Positions 10,110 through 22,884 of a stretch of DNA of 64,000 nt are shown here, one piece after another. This stretch comes from Heptranchias perlo (Eukaryota): NCBI RefSeq assembly GCF_035084215.1, contig NC_090349.1:9920001-9984000 (forward strand), written 5' to 3'. The notes under the pieces were generated by a model that had not been told where the DNA came from, did no database searches, and worked only from the letters and a program-made list of their open reading frames with translations. Position 1 is the stretch's first letter. Every line of letters starts with the position of its first letter. A program made the position numbers and the translations under genes.

Positions 10110-10932
10110 TTTTATTAATTCGTTCATGGGGTGTGTGCGTCGCTGGCGAGGCCAGCATTTATTGCCCATCCCGAACTGCCCTTAAGAAGGTGGTGGTGAG
10201 CCGCCTTCTTGAACCGCTGCAGTCCATGTGGTGAAGGTTCGCCCACAGTGCTGTTAGGAAGGGAGTTCCAGGATTTTGACCCAGCCAGGATGAAGGAACG
10301 GCGATATATTTCCAAGTCGGGATGGTATGTGACTTGGAGGGGAACGTGCAGGTGGTGTTGTTCCCATGTGCCTGCTGCTCTTGTCCTTCTAGGTGGTAGA
10401 GGGCGCGGGTTTGGGAGGTGCTGTTGAAGAAGCCTTGGCGAGTTGCTGCAGTGCATCCTTTAAACTAGAACTAGGGGGCATAATCTTAGAATATGGGGCT
10501 GCTCTTTCAAAACTGAGATGAGGAGAAACTTCTTCACTCAGAGGGTAGTAGGTTTGTGGAATTTGCTGCCCCAGGAAGCTGTGGAAGCTACATCATTAAA
10601 TAAATTTAAAACAGAAATAGACAGTTTCCTAGAAGTAAAGAGAATTAGGGGTTACGGGGAGCGGGCAGGAAATTGGACATGAATTTAGATTTGAGGTTAG
10701 GATCAGATCAGCCATGATCTTATTGAATGGCGGAGCAGGCTCGAGGGGCCGATTGGCCGACTCCTGCTCCTATTTCTTATGTTCTTATGTTCTTTGGATG
10801 GTACACACTGCAGCCACAGTGCGCCGGTGGTGAAGGGAGTGAATGTTTCGGGTGGTGAATGGGGTGCCAATCAAGCGGGCTGCTTTGTCCTGGATGGTGT
10901 CGAGCTTCTTGAGTGTTGTTAGAGCTGCACTG
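10110..10932 (-). mobile_element. Non-LTR retrotransposon 3' end (RT C-terminus), interrupted by a CR1 fragment
   Basis: TTLKKLDTIQDKAARLIGTP...HHRRTVAAVCTI then MHCSNSPRLL...SKSWNSLPNSTVG...LQRFKKAAHHHLL, ending in an A-rich tail. Confidence 0.75.
10461..10791 (+). mobile_element. Short 5'-truncated CR1 3' end nested in the LINE above
   Basis: gagatgaggagaaacttcttcactcagagggt... with a cttatgttcttatgttc tail; it splits the host element. Confidence 0.8.
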
Positions 10933-10999
10933 GAGTTGAACAGAACAAAATGTAAATAGCTTCTGAGTGATACCGTTCTTATCTGGAACTGTAATATAT

Positions 11000-11510
11000 C
11001 ACAACAATAACTTGCATTTATATAGCGCCAATAAAATAGATAAATATCCCAAGGCACTTCATGGGGGCATGATGGAAAAATGGACACTGAGCCAAAAAGG
11101 AGAGATTAAGAAGCTTAGTCAAAGAGGTGAGTTTCAAGGAGGGTCTTGAAAGAGGAGAAAGTGAGGTGCCAAAGCGGAGGGGTTTGTTGAGGATTTCCAG
11201 GGAGTGGGACTTCGGAGGCTAAAGGCACAGCCACCAAGGTGGGGTAATGGGAAAGTGGGATGCATCAGAGGCGAGAGTCAGAGGAATAGGGAGCTAGAGG
11301 GGATTGTAAGGCTCGAGGAGGTTACAGAATTAGAGAAGGGCGAGGCTTGTGGAGGAATTTTTAAAAAAGAATTAAAGCAAGAGTTTTGGGTGAGCCGAAG
11401 TTTATGGAGGGTGGAGGATGGGAGGCCATCCAGGAGAGTGAAGTCATTGAGTCTGGAGGTGACGATCGCATATTTGAGGACTTCAGTGGCAGATGAGCTG
11501 AGGTAAGGTC
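11000..11510 (-). mobile_element. Decayed L2-clade LINE 3' fragment (paralog ~33000-33410)
   Basis: acaacaataacttgcatttatatagcgcc is the reverse complement of the L2 tail seen at ~62880-62910. Confidence 0.7.
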
Positions 11511-11837
11511 AGACACAGCTAACAGTATTCAATATTAACCCTTTGCGTACATTGACCAGGAATTAAGAAATCAATGGATAATTTTACAGAGAAAGATATT
11601 TTATTTTTGTCACATCATGCTTCATTATTGAAAGGTCCAATGCATTCCAACCCAGTGCCTTACTTGGAGGTTCCATGTACACTGTGCGTGACAGGCCATC
11701 CTGCCTGGCGATCATCCAATGGATCAGGATTCCATGGGCCACATGACAGCAGACATGGTAATTTTAAGCCTAGCCCGGGACAAGGTATGGTGTTGAACTA
11801 TTTTCGGACCATCTCTAAGCAGACAAGAGCATGTGTC

Positions 11838-13365
11838 GTAGGAAATTGCGGGTCCCCTAGCAGAGATATTTGAATCATCGACAGCTACAGGTGAGGTGCC
11901 TGAAGATTGGAGGGTAGCAAATGTTGTGCCTTTGTTTAAGAAGGGCGGCAGGGAAAAGCCTGGGAACTACAGACCGATGAGCCTGATATCTGTAGTGGGT
12001 AAGTTGTTAGAGGTTATTCTGAGAGACAGGATCTACAGGCATTTGGAGAAGCAGGGACTGATTAGGAACAGTCAGCATGGTTTTGTGAGGGGGAAATCAT
12101 GTCTCACGAATTTGATTGAGTTTTTTGAAGGGGTAACCAAGAAGATAGATGAGGGCTGTGCAGTAGAAGTGGTCTACATGGACTTTAGCAAAGCCTTTGA
12201 CAAGGTACCGCATGGTAGGTTGTTACATAAGGTTAAATCTCACGGGATCCAAGGTGAGGTAGCCAATTGGATACAAAATTGGATTGACGACAGAAGACAG
12301 AGGGTGGGTGTAGAGGGTTGTTTTTCAAACTGGAGGCCTGTGACCAGCGGTGTGCCTCAGGGATCGGTGCTGGGTCCGCTGTTATTTGTTATTTATATTA
12401 ATGATTTGGATGAGAATTTAGGAGGCATGGTTAGTAAGTTTGCAGATGACACCAAGATTGGTGGCATTGTGGACAGTGAAGAAGGTTATCTAGGATTGCA
12501 ACGGGATCTTGATAAATTGGGCCAGTGGGCCGATGAATGGCAGATGGAGTTTAATTTAGATAAATGTGAGGTAATGCATTTTGGTAGATCGAATCGGGCC
12601 AGGACCTACTCCGTTAATGGTAGGGCGTTGGGGAGAGTTATAGAACAAAGAGATCTAGGAGTACAGGTTCATAGCTCCTTGAAAGTGGAGTCACAGGTGG
12701 ATAGGGTGGTGAAGAAGGCATTCGGCATGCTTGGTTTCATTGGTCAGAACATTGAATACAGGAGTTGGGATGTCTTGTTGAAGTTGTACAAGACATTAGT
12801 AAGGCCACACTTGGAATACTGTGTACAGTTCTGGTCACCCTATTATAGAAATGATATTATTAAACTAGAAAGAGTGCAGAAAAGATTTACTAGGATGCTA
12901 CCGGGACTTGATGGTTTGACTTATAGGGAGAGGTTGGATAGACTGAGACTTTTTTCCCTGGAGCGTAGGAGGTTAAGGGGTGATCTTATAGAAGTCTATA
13001 AAATAATGAGGGGCATAGATAAGGGAGATAGTCAAAATCTTTTCCCAAAGGTAGGGGAGTCTATAACGAGGGTGCATGGATTTAAGGTGAGAGGGGAGAG
13101 ATACAAAAGGGTCCAGAGGGGCAATTTTTTCACTCAAAGGGTGGTGAGTGTCTGGAACGAGCTGCCAGAGGCAGTAGTAGAGGCGAGTACAATTTTGTCT
13201 TTTAAAAAGCATTTGGACAGTTACATGGGTAAGATGGGTATTGAGGGATATGGGCCAAGTGCAGGCAATTGGGACAAGCTAAGTGGTATAAACTGGGCGA
13301 CATGGACATGTTGGGCCGAAGGGCCTGTTTCCATGTTGTAAACTTCTATGATTCTATGATTCTAT
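11838..13365 (+). mobile_element. Young 5'-truncated CR1 LINE; uninterrupted reverse transcriptase ORF 11896-13341 (481 aa)
   Basis: PEDWRVANVVPLFKKG..PGNYRP, SQHGF, YMDFSKAFDKVPH, GVPQGSVLGPLLF, FADDTK; (TTCTATGA)n tail. The site is empty in the other spacers (~33670, ~48830). Confidence 0.95.
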
Positions 13366-14449
13366 AAAGTAGCTCTTTAAACTTGAACTGTGCCACAGGT
13401 TTGAGTTCTTTCTCTGCCGTTCCCCAATCCTTTGGATGTGGTCATTTAGCTGCACCTCCTTCCGTCCCACTTGCCTCCTATTACAGACTCGCAGGACAGG
13501 CAAATTCCAAATTAATTTGAAGGTCCAACCTGCTGCTCTGCAACTCTCCACTGTGCATGGACCTAACACAAGCTTGTAATCGGAAACTCCTCACTCTAGC
13601 TAAGTCGGTGAAATCTATGACAATGCCCCATACCATCAACAAATACCATAAGAGTCTTACCGACTAGCTGTTTTGCGTGATATTTTATGTTGCACTTACA
13701 ACAACTCGAAATGCTACGGGAACGCAACCCTACCCTTTCACTCTTTAAAATTTGTATAATAGCGTATTTAACACAACCATCCCACACAAATTTATGAGGT
13801 AGATCAACTGTGCCTTACCTACGAATCTCGCTGATGACATGCATCTTCCCAGTAGTTCAAGTATGCCAGTGCTCCTCCCCCGACCCACCCCCACCACCTT
13901 GAATTGCTAAGAAACCGACATTAGTGAGGCCGTGTAAGGCCAAATAGGGGGGCTGTCCTCAAATAAGATAGGCCATGCATTCCTCAAAGAAGCAAACAGT
14001 TTGTAAACAGAGATGAGAGCTGTGGTCTTTAGTTACATTATGTAAAACATCTTATCTTCAGTAGCTAATGTGGTTTCAGCACGGTGCGATGACTTACGAC
14101 TCGGCGATCAGACCAGAGATGCTTACATGCAGAACAACACTGCCAAATAGCATAAAGATAGGGCATGCTCCCTCCCAAAGGTTATAGGTCCCAAGAGGAC
14201 AGTCAGAAGTCGTCCACCCCAGGCCGCCACAGACGTCAGATTTGATCAATCTGATTCCTCGGGCAAACTAGGTTGTATTAATTGTTTGACATTTAATGTA
14301 ATCTGAAGACAGTTGTAGTATAACTTTAATACCGTTGTGAGTCAATCTATTAAAGCTTGTTGTTTAATAACCACTCAGGCGAGAAACAAGCAGAAGTTGT
14401 TGTTGAAGGATTAACAATAATTTTGTTGCCAGACAGTAACGGAAAAATC

Positions 14450-16714
14450 TGCTAACACAGGGCAATCCACACTGTCTATTGGCTGCCCGTCTGTTTTAGT
14501 GTGCGGGAGAGGTGAAGCCTAACGTCTTTGGTGCCACTTTGAGGCAGCCAACATGTCTTAAAGGGGAGGTGCACTCTGGCTGCAATGAGAGCTCAGGGAA
14601 ACTTCACAATAACGAGAAATGGCTACAACAGGTACAGATACAGCTCCCAGGTTCTCTGGTAGAGCTTTGGAGGGCCTGGTGCAGGTGTCAAATCCTGTAT
14701 CCTGAGGGGTGAGGGGGGTTGGGGGCGAGGGAGGGGGAAGGGGAGAGAGAGTCTTTGACGCAATACCTCTTCCGCCAATGGGAAGAGGTTGATGAGGAAA
14801 CCAATGCAAGGATCTTAGCTCCAAAGACATGGCTTTATTGCCAGAAAAGGTTCTATAACTTCATTAGAATTATCAATGATCAAAATCTTACCATTCACCT
14901 CGATGATTCTCTCCTCACAGCTGCAGAAAAACCACTTCCAACACTACACTCAGCCGGTTCCTTCAATTCTTTACAATCACTGCATCACATTTCACTCCAT
15001 CTCCTTCTCTTCCTACTCACACTCTGCACTTCCTAATCTCATCACTATTGCAAGCCTCACTTCCGAACAGCCCACATATTGCACACAGCATCTGCACTAT
15101 TCATTCATGAAAGACATATTCTCAAAGCAGCTCACAAGGCTGTCACAAACGCACTTCTTTCTAGCAAGAGAAACTCGTGCCAAACATGAGGCAGGAGGCA
15201 ACGACCATGGGAGGCCAGGCCCGCCTGTACACCATTTCCCCTCTCAAGAAAAATGTGCTGTCCTTCAAGGACAGTGGGAAGATATGTTCATGGCGAGTGG
15301 CAGTGCCGGAGGAGATGTCGTGCAGGATTTCTTCACCCCTTCTCCTATTTCCTTCTTACTTCCAACTTACCCTGCACACATTGCATGGCAAACTTCAATT
15401 GCTTTCAGAAGCTTCTCATCTCTCTCTGCTCTCCCTTCACACTAAAAAGTAACCCTTGTCCCTCTCTTTCATTTCAGGTGCTGAAAATATTATGACCCCA
15501 GTACTACTTTAGGAAGAGCAGGCCAGTGTTCCTGAAGATGCAGTGTTACTCAATCTGACCACGAGCACAGAGACTGGCACTACACACATTTTAGAGAATC
15601 GATTAAAGTAAGAGTCTTCAGGTGGTGAATCATCGGACACAAGTGTGCAGAAGCTAGGGCAGGGGGATAGGACGCCACAGGTGCCAGCTCCATGAACATG
15701 ACAGTGGGGCAAACTATGATGCAGCCTCTGCTGTCAGCTCTGACAGTCAACATAGCTTGGCTCTGCGGGCCGCTGTTGGCAGGGACTTCCAGATCATCAC
15801 TTCACTCCGGCACTCTGTCTCGTACAGGTGTAATGAGGTGCCATGTCAGGAGAGAAAATCTTGGCTTAAAAGGAGAAGCACCTAAGATCCTCTCTAAAGA
15901 CAACAGTATGCCTGCTCCCCTGCCAGTACTCTTGTTAGTGCCTTACAGCCAGCTCGGCCAGATTGCCCCGGTCCATGCTTGATGGCACCCACCACAGCCA
16001 TCTGAAGTATCTTCAATGGGAGCTCAGTTGCATTCCACCTTCGAAAATGTAACCACAGAGGGCACACGTCATAGCAACATGAGTATAGGTAAACATGCAC
16101 AGAACGCGGACACGAAGGGTGATTCTTAATTTTTCCGTTTAACTAATATACACATATGGAATTGATTTGTTGGAGGACTTTTTTCTGGATTTGTTGTTGT
16201 TGTAATGAAGTGAGGGCAAAACACATAGGGCTTGACTGTAGGAAGGCAACCAGATGGTGGTAGTAAGGACGGTGGTGATAAGGATTGTGGGACTGTCGGT
16301 GTATTGGGTATTGGGTGGGAGTTGCGGGGGGCAGGTGGCACACTTCTCGTTGCAGATCAGCTCTGTCTGTGCAAGGATTCCCGACAGGAGTTGTGTGCCA
16401 GGTCAGGAAGGGATACCCCTTGTCACCCAGAAGCCAACCTGTGACAGCATGGTTGGATTAAAGGCAGCACATTGGACTGCCTCATGATGAATGAATTATG
16501 ACTGCTGTCTGAAACTGGGCACAGACCTGCATGATGGCCTGTGATCGCAAACAAGTTGGATATGGTACGATTTGCAGTGAAGTGAAAGCTGCTCCACAGC
16601 GACCCCAATGGTGAGAGATAGGTATCTCTTTCAAGTACACTCAAACGGCAGTGATTTTAGTCAAAACTGCTTGCTGTCCACGGGAAACGCAGCTAAACGA
16701 ATAAAAATCCAATC
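14450..16714. mobile_element. Old degenerate Harbinger relic (Myb-like on +, transposase fragments on -)
   Basis: + strand from ~14619 reads MATTGTDTAPRFSGRALEGLVQ...CQKRFYNF. - strand near 16450-16520 reads SHNSFIMRQS, a HARBI1-type GSSHDSF motif. Confidence 0.65.
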
Positions 16715-16787
16715 TAATACAGAAATTATCGGCGTATGTTGAATTGGGAGGGACTAACTTTGCACAACTTGGAATTGTCGTTGAAAA

Positions 16788-17268
16788 TGCCAGTTACTTC
16801 TAGACTTGACGATTGCAATGCCCCCCTGGCTGGTCTCTCATCTTCCACCCTCCATAAATTTGAGCTTATCCAAAACCCTGCTGCCTGTATCCCAACTTAC
16901 ACCAAGTCCCGTTCACCCATCAGCCCTGTGCTCGCTGACCTACATTGACTACTGGTCCTGGAACGCCTTGATTTTAAAATTCTCATCCTTGTTTTCGAAT
17001 CCCTCCATGGCCTCGCCCCTCCCTAACTCTGTAACCTCCTCCATGTCTGCAATCCAACGAGATCTCTGCACTCCTCCAAAACATGCCCCTTGCACAACCC
17101 GATTTTAATCGCTCCACCGGGAGTGCCTTCAGCTGCCTAGGCCCCAAGCTCTGGAATTCCCTCCTTAAACTTCTCAGCCTCTCTAACTCTCTCTCCTCCT
17201 TTAAGACGTTCCTCGAAACCTAACTCTTTGACCAAACTTTTGTTCACCTGTCCCACTATCTCCTTGTG
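16788..17268 (+). mobile_element. L2-clade LINE 3' fragment, left half (right half 22101-22191); apparent 8-bp TSD GTTGAAAA at 16780-16787 and 22192-22199
   Basis: VTSRLDDCNAPLAGLSSSTLHKFELIQNPAA matches the L2 at ~62380-62530. Empty site visible at ~54170-54200. Confidence 0.8.
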
Positions 17269-17792
17269 CTTGATTTTCAGGTGAAGGAGCAGGTGCGTTG
17301 GGGCGGGGAGGGGAACTCCGAAAACCGCTGAAATCCCGAGCAGATTCAGAGCCCTCAACCCGCCGACTTCTGGGTTCCCCAGTGACGCGTCCGGGTGCAT
17401 GCACAACTCCCGAGTGCGGAAGTCGCGGGAGGATGACACTTTGCATAGATTGTCAGCTAGTTGAAGTAGTTGAAATACTTAATTGCCTCGACATTTTGTC
17501 AGAGCTATAATTTTGAAGGATCTTCAGCATGTTTCCTGCACTGTGTGAAACACTCCCTGTTGCAACAGACATGTTTCAGTCAGCACCCAGTGGGAAATGC
17601 AAATGCTTATTTGACAGTTGGGGAGAAAACGTCATTTATTGCAGCAGGGCACTTTGGCACTTAAGACAAAGTTTTGGCTGCAACACCTTTGTGTTTTCAC
17701 TCAAAATTCTTACTTTCCAACCAAAACTGTTCAAATATATTTAACTACTTTGTGGACTCTCACAAACTCACACCGTCAGGATCGGGGGTGCC

Positions 17793-18862
17793 ATGGCTGC
17801 ATTCACTATGACATCCGAGGACGAGCAACATCACCAGCCTCGCCAGGCACGACGTCCATCTCCACCACGTGGAGCTCCACAACACAGTGCTGCACCACAG
17901 GCACCTGTACAAGAGCAGAGAGGGCAACAACAGAGAGAGAGACGTCGCTGGAGGCACTACCCGAGCCACAGGGTCTAAAGACCAGCTTCCTGGCCAGCTT
18001 CCTGGACCTCTCTGAGGTGCGGTGCATATGGAGGTTCAGAGTTAGTCTCCAGGTAGTCGCAGACACCTGCAACCTCCTTCATGCCACGCTGCTCCCGGCT
18101 GGGCCGAGCAGCATCTCCTTACCTGTCGCTGTCAAAGTCACCACTGCTCTCAATTTCTTCACCTCCGGATCATTCCAGAGAGGCACAGCGGACATCACTG
18201 GGGTCTCTCAGTTTTCTGCACACAAGTGCATAAGGCAGGTCACCAAAGGCTTGTTACGACCTCAGCCAGATGGAGAGGGCAGTGGGATTCCACGCTGTGG
18301 CTGGCTTCCCACTGGTGCAGGGTGCAATCGATTGCACCCATACAGCAATACGAGCACCTCCACACGAGCCAGGACTGTTCATCAACAGGAAGGGCTATCA
18401 CTCCATCAACACTCAACTCATTTATGACCACCGCAAAAGATTCCTTCACATGTGCGCCGGATTCCCTGGCAGCTGCCACGATTCCTTCATCCTCGAGGAA
18501 TCCAAAAAGACGCTCCTCTTCCACGCACCAAGCACCTTTAAGGGTTGGCTCCTCAGGGACAAGGGACACCCCCTGCACACGTGGTTCATACACCTCTGAG
18601 GAACCACATCACCGAGCAACAGCGTCAATATAATGACAGCCACATCGCCACCAGGTCTACAATTGAGTATGCTATAGGGCTGCTCAAGATGTGTCTCAGG
18701 TGCCTTGATCATTCTGGTGGAGCACTTCAATACGCACCAGACAGAGTGGGACGCATTATAGTCATGTTTTGTGCCCTGCACAACATGGCACATCAGAGAG
18801 TGGTGCCGCTTGAGGAGGCCCCATCCACTTCTGCCACCCACATTGAGGAGGAGGAGGAGTAG
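17793..18862 (+). pseudogene. Harbinger (HARBI1-like) DDE transposase, frameshifted
   Basis: LPVAVKVTTALNFFTSGSFQ, GFPLVQGAIDCTH, NRKGYHSINTQ, FPGSCHDSFIL, WLLRDKG, YNDSHIATRSTIEYAIGLLK, CALHN, spread over several frames. Confidence 0.92.
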
Positions 18863-19318
18863 GAGGAGGAGCAGGAGCAACCCATGGGCAGAGCAGTGGC
18901 TCACCTGGCTGCGTGAGAGGCCAGGGAGTCACTGATATGTGAACAGTTCTCCAAACATCAGACAGTGTGAAGAGTCCAGTCGTCACACCATCTGGATAGA
19001 GCAGCGCCCACACCAGTCCTCCCCCACCCCTCCACCCCTCCCTGCACAAAACATTCCTGCAACTACACATACACCCACTGTAAAGTGACCCAATGGGTGG
19101 CATCAAGTGTCGGTGTTAATGGTGAACCTCATGAAAGGGCCTTATTACACAAGCCAGTCAAGAATGGCTAAGACGTGGCAGTAGTGGTGACAAGAAGAAT
19201 AATTAATGTGAGTTTAACAAAAAGCAAATATAAATAAAAAACATGATCAACCATTAAACACCCTTGTGCCCTTACAAAACACCCTGACAAAACCTTTGCC
19301 TTTCGCATTCAACTACTT

Positions 19319-21839
19319 CTAAGTTGGAGCAGAGGTGGTGGCAGGGTGTTCTTGTTCATGCCATGACTGATTAGATGCTTTGGGCCTAAGCCCTCTGGCT
19401 TTTGGTGCCCGTGAGAGCCCCTTCAAGGAATGCTCCACCTGCACCTGTGCAGGGGCAGACTCGGCCACCTGGAGAGCAGGCAGCATTGCGGGTACTGTTT
19501 GAGAGGGGGGAACGGGTGATATGTGGGAGTGCTTTGAGTGGCGTCCCCAGTTCCATGTCCCCATTCGCCATCACCCCCCCGCTGGGCCAGGCCCACGCCA
19601 TTCCTAACACTTTGTTGGACAACAGTTTGGAGGACATGTGTGAAGCCTTGTAAGGCCAATGCTCGTATATCTGCCTGTCTGTTGAAGGCGGCAGAATGTT
19701 ATTCACTGTGAATCCGAACGGCCGTTATCAGGGCCTGAATGGACTCATTTGTGAGCTGTGCTTGAAGCTCAATGGAGGCTAGCCTTCCCTCCATCGCAGA
19801 CATTTCCGCAAATACCCATGACAGTATCTCAGAGATGCTCTCACGTTCCTGTGACAGTATCTCAGAGATGCCCTCACGTCTCTATGTCAGTATCTCAGAG
19901 ATTCCCTCCTGTACCTGTGCCACTATTCCACTCATGCAGGAGTTGGACTCCTCCATCCTCTGTGCTATTGTGGAGAGTGTGCATGGCACCTGTTCCAGCA
20001 CCTCACAAATGTACTGCTGCCCCTCGATCATTCTCCTTTTAATGGATGGCCCCCAGGATTCAGCATCTGTGTCCAGCTGAGCAGAGCCTGGAGAGGAGTG
20101 CTCCCACTGATGTGGACTCTCCACAGATGCCGCTGCCACCAGTCTCTGCTTGTGCTCACATGTGTGTGGTAACTCACCATGTGTGACCCCAACTGACAGC
20201 AGACCAGGATCCACCAAGGTGTGAGTATCTGCGCTGGTGGATGGCTTCCTCAGATGTGACGGTGCACCCTCAGAGGCCGGCAGGTCCTCTGAGGAATCGC
20301 CCTCTGCCATCACAGCAGTCACTGAAGGCCCTGTAAAAGTAGAAAAGGCAATATTAAGTATCATCACAGATGTGTCATGTTGCGATGAGTATAATGCAGT
20401 GCTGAAGATGGCAAGGCATGTTAACATCAATTCATATTGTGTGTGCTGAATGTTAAAGTTCTGTCACCAGATGTTTGTCCAGCACCTCCTGCTTGGCATC
20501 TGTGAGGATGACAATTTGTTGCATCACCCCCCGCCCCCCCAACCTCCGGTCCTTGCCCTCTCCCATGCATTCTCGGCTCTCTTTTCCTATAAGGGAAGAA
20601 AGTACAGATGCACGAGTGAGTGACGGTGTAGTGGCCAGCCGATGAATACATTGGCTTGGGTGCGGCTGACCGTGAAAGAGTTGCATCAGAGGGTGAGTAT
20701 GAGATAGAGCCATGACATTGTATGACAATCAGGCTGAGTGGTAGTGGTGGGTTGAGTAATGGGGAGGTGAGGAAGAGCTGAGAAAGTGCAGGTAATTTAA
20801 GGATGAGCCTTAAGTGGGTGTGGGGAGTGATGTGATGGAGTAGTGTTGGCAGTGCAGAATGAGTTGGGGGTCAGGGCGGTGATGTGGAAGAGAAATTGTC
20901 AGAGAATGAGTAAGTGTTCTAACGTTGGTTGACCTCGTTTGGTCATTGAAGCGCTTCCTGCACTGGATCCAGGTATGTAGCTGCTGCTGCTGGTGACCTC
21001 CTCTGCAACATCGAGCCAGGCCTTCTCGGTGGCAGAGGCAGGCCACTTCTTCCAGTCCGCCTGGTAGAGGATCTCTGACCTGCTCCTCCCTGTCCTCCTC
21101 CCTCTCCTCCCTCTCCTCCTCCTACCTGTCCTCCTCCTCCTCCCTGTTGTCCTTCCTCCCTCTTGTCTTTCCTCCTCCTCCTCCCTCTTGTCCTTTGTCC
21201 TTCCTCCCTCTTGTCCTCCCTCCTCCTCCTCCTCTCTCTTGTCCTCCCTCCTCCTCCTCGTCCCCCTCCTCCTCGTTCCTCATCCCTCCTCCACGTTCCT
21301 CGTCCCTCCTCTTCCCACCTCCACGTTCCTCGTCCCTCCTCCACGTCCCTCCTAGTCCCTCGTTCCTCGTCCCTCCTCATCCCTCGTCCCTCGTTCCTCG
21401 TCCCTCCTCCTCATTCCTCGTCCCTCCTCCTCGTGCCTCCTCCCTCCTTGTCCCTCTTCCTCGTCTCTCCTCCCTCTTCCTCGTTCCTCATACCTCCTCC
21501 TCGTCCATCCTCCTCGTTCTCGTCCCTCCTCGTCCCACCTCCTCGTTCCTCGTCCCTCCTCCTCTTTCCTCGTCCCTCCTTGTCCCTCTTCCTCATTCCT
21601 CGTTCCTCCTCCTCATCCCTCGTCCCTCCTCCTCATCCCTCGTCCCTCCTCCTCATCTCTCCTCGTCCCTCTTCCCTCCTCCTCCCTCCTCCTCCTCCTC
21701 CCTCCTCCTCGTTCCATGTCCTTCCTCGTCCCTCCTCCTCGTTCCTTGTCCCTCCTCCTCGTTCCTCATCCCTCCTCGTCCCTCCTCCCTCTTCCCTCTT
21801 CCTCCTCCTTGGAGCAGTCTTTCCCCTGAGCGGCTCCAT
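19319..21839 (-). pseudogene. Harbinger Myb/SANT-like gene (copy B), multi-exon, disrupted
   Basis: MEPLRGKTAPR from the ATG at 21837-21839, then repeat, then TWIQCRKRFND. A later exon follows the ttttacag acceptor at ~20331 (GPSVTAVMAEGDSSED...), with an 11-aa repeated coiled-coil-like segment. Confidence 0.75.
21077..21809. repeat. ~730 bp pyrimidine-rich compound microsatellite (CCT/CGT), paralog of 795-1781
   Basis: Directly visible. Same flanks as copy A but different length and internal order. Confidence 0.97.
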
Positions 21840-22884
21840 TGTGGTTTGTGTGTGTTTGCTCCAGGAGCAGCCATTCGAGGACCACCCCTTTAAATAGAGC
21901 TCTCCAGCTGAGAGCCTGTGATGGGGGTGCGCAGACCGCCCGCTGTGCAACTTTCGGACGGCAAACCGGGAAGTCACGTTAAGTGGCACCAATTGACCTG
22001 CGATCACGTGGGAAACGGACATATTTCATTGGGCTCAATCACCGCCCAATCATCACCCCCCCTCCCCTGCTGCCTTCCCGCCTCCACTCTTATATCGGGG
22101 TGTAGCTTGGTGACAAATTTTGTTTGCTAATGCTCCTGTGAAGCGAATTAAGGCGTTTTACTACGTTAAAGGTTCTATATAAATTCAAGTTGTTGAAAAC
22201 TCTCAAGCTTTTTATTCTCAGCACATTTGAAGTTTGATCAATATTTATTCTTAGCAGTGAGTGCAACACAACATTACCGTGATATGTATGTGATTTCTTA
22301 CTGAGATCAGTCTGAACAAAGAACACTGAAGGGATACAGAGTTTGTGATTAGTGTAAAGGCGACTGTAAAAAGCGCGATTCTTTTTTGGACTGATTTCAG
22401 TAACAATTCTCAGTGAAAGTGTAATTACTTCCGGTCTGAGTTGCTGCCCGCAGCACCTGCTTCAGTGTGAAGGATCGCTGAACAACGATAAAAGGAATCG
22501 AACCGGATTGAAAAATAAAATCTTGCAAAGTCAGAAATTGCAGCGCGAAAGCACCTGGACGCTCAAAGCGGAGGCCGTCACATTTTGGCCCTGAATTTTT
22601 GTCAATGGATGATTTCGTAAATCTTGCGCTATGTTCTTTCAATTATTGTCAGAAACACACGGACACACAGTTCAGCCGGTTCCCCACACCGATAGAATTT
22701 TAAGAAATCTGGTCCAAAAAAAATACTGTATGATTTATTTCACGAAATTCCCAACTAACAGACATCCATCGTGTCTGTAATCTCACTGATCAGACTGATT
22801 TCGCTGACTTTACATAAAATGTGCAGAACGTCACAAAGAAAACCTCAATCATCAGTTGCTGGAGATTGGAAGAGTCATTTTATT

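Larger units (their letters stand above)
17269..22100. mobile_element. Near full-length PIF/Harbinger DNA transposon (copy B, ~4.8 kb) with convergent transposase and Myb-like genes, inserted in an L2 tail
   Basis: Two-gene architecture typical of Harbinger. Ends are defined by the interruption of the L2 tail (tccttgtg | tgtagcttggtgacaaattttg). Termini are only weakly complementary. Confidence 0.85.

Noticed and set aside
14700-14755. G-quadruplex-like G runs (also ~49549-49561)
   Set aside because: They lie in a decayed Harbinger Myb relic and differ among paralogs; no sign of conserved function.
17597-17604. Perfect octamer ATGCAAAT upstream of the Harbinger transposase
   Set aside because: A single 8-mer inside a transposon with no leader or V exon nearby; compatible with chance.
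17793-18862. Possible domesticated HARBI1 gene or RAG-like recombinase serving the Ig array
   Set aside because: Multiple frameshifts and an internal deletion, and it sits in an ordinary two-gene Harbinger inserted in an L2. It is unrelated to Transib/RAG.
19819-19902. Three spaced copies of cagtatctcagagat resembling a CRISPR-like repeat-spacer array
   Set aside because: A 33-bp (11-codon) coding tandem repeat in the Myb-like gene. The spacers are similar to each other and the context is eukaryotic.
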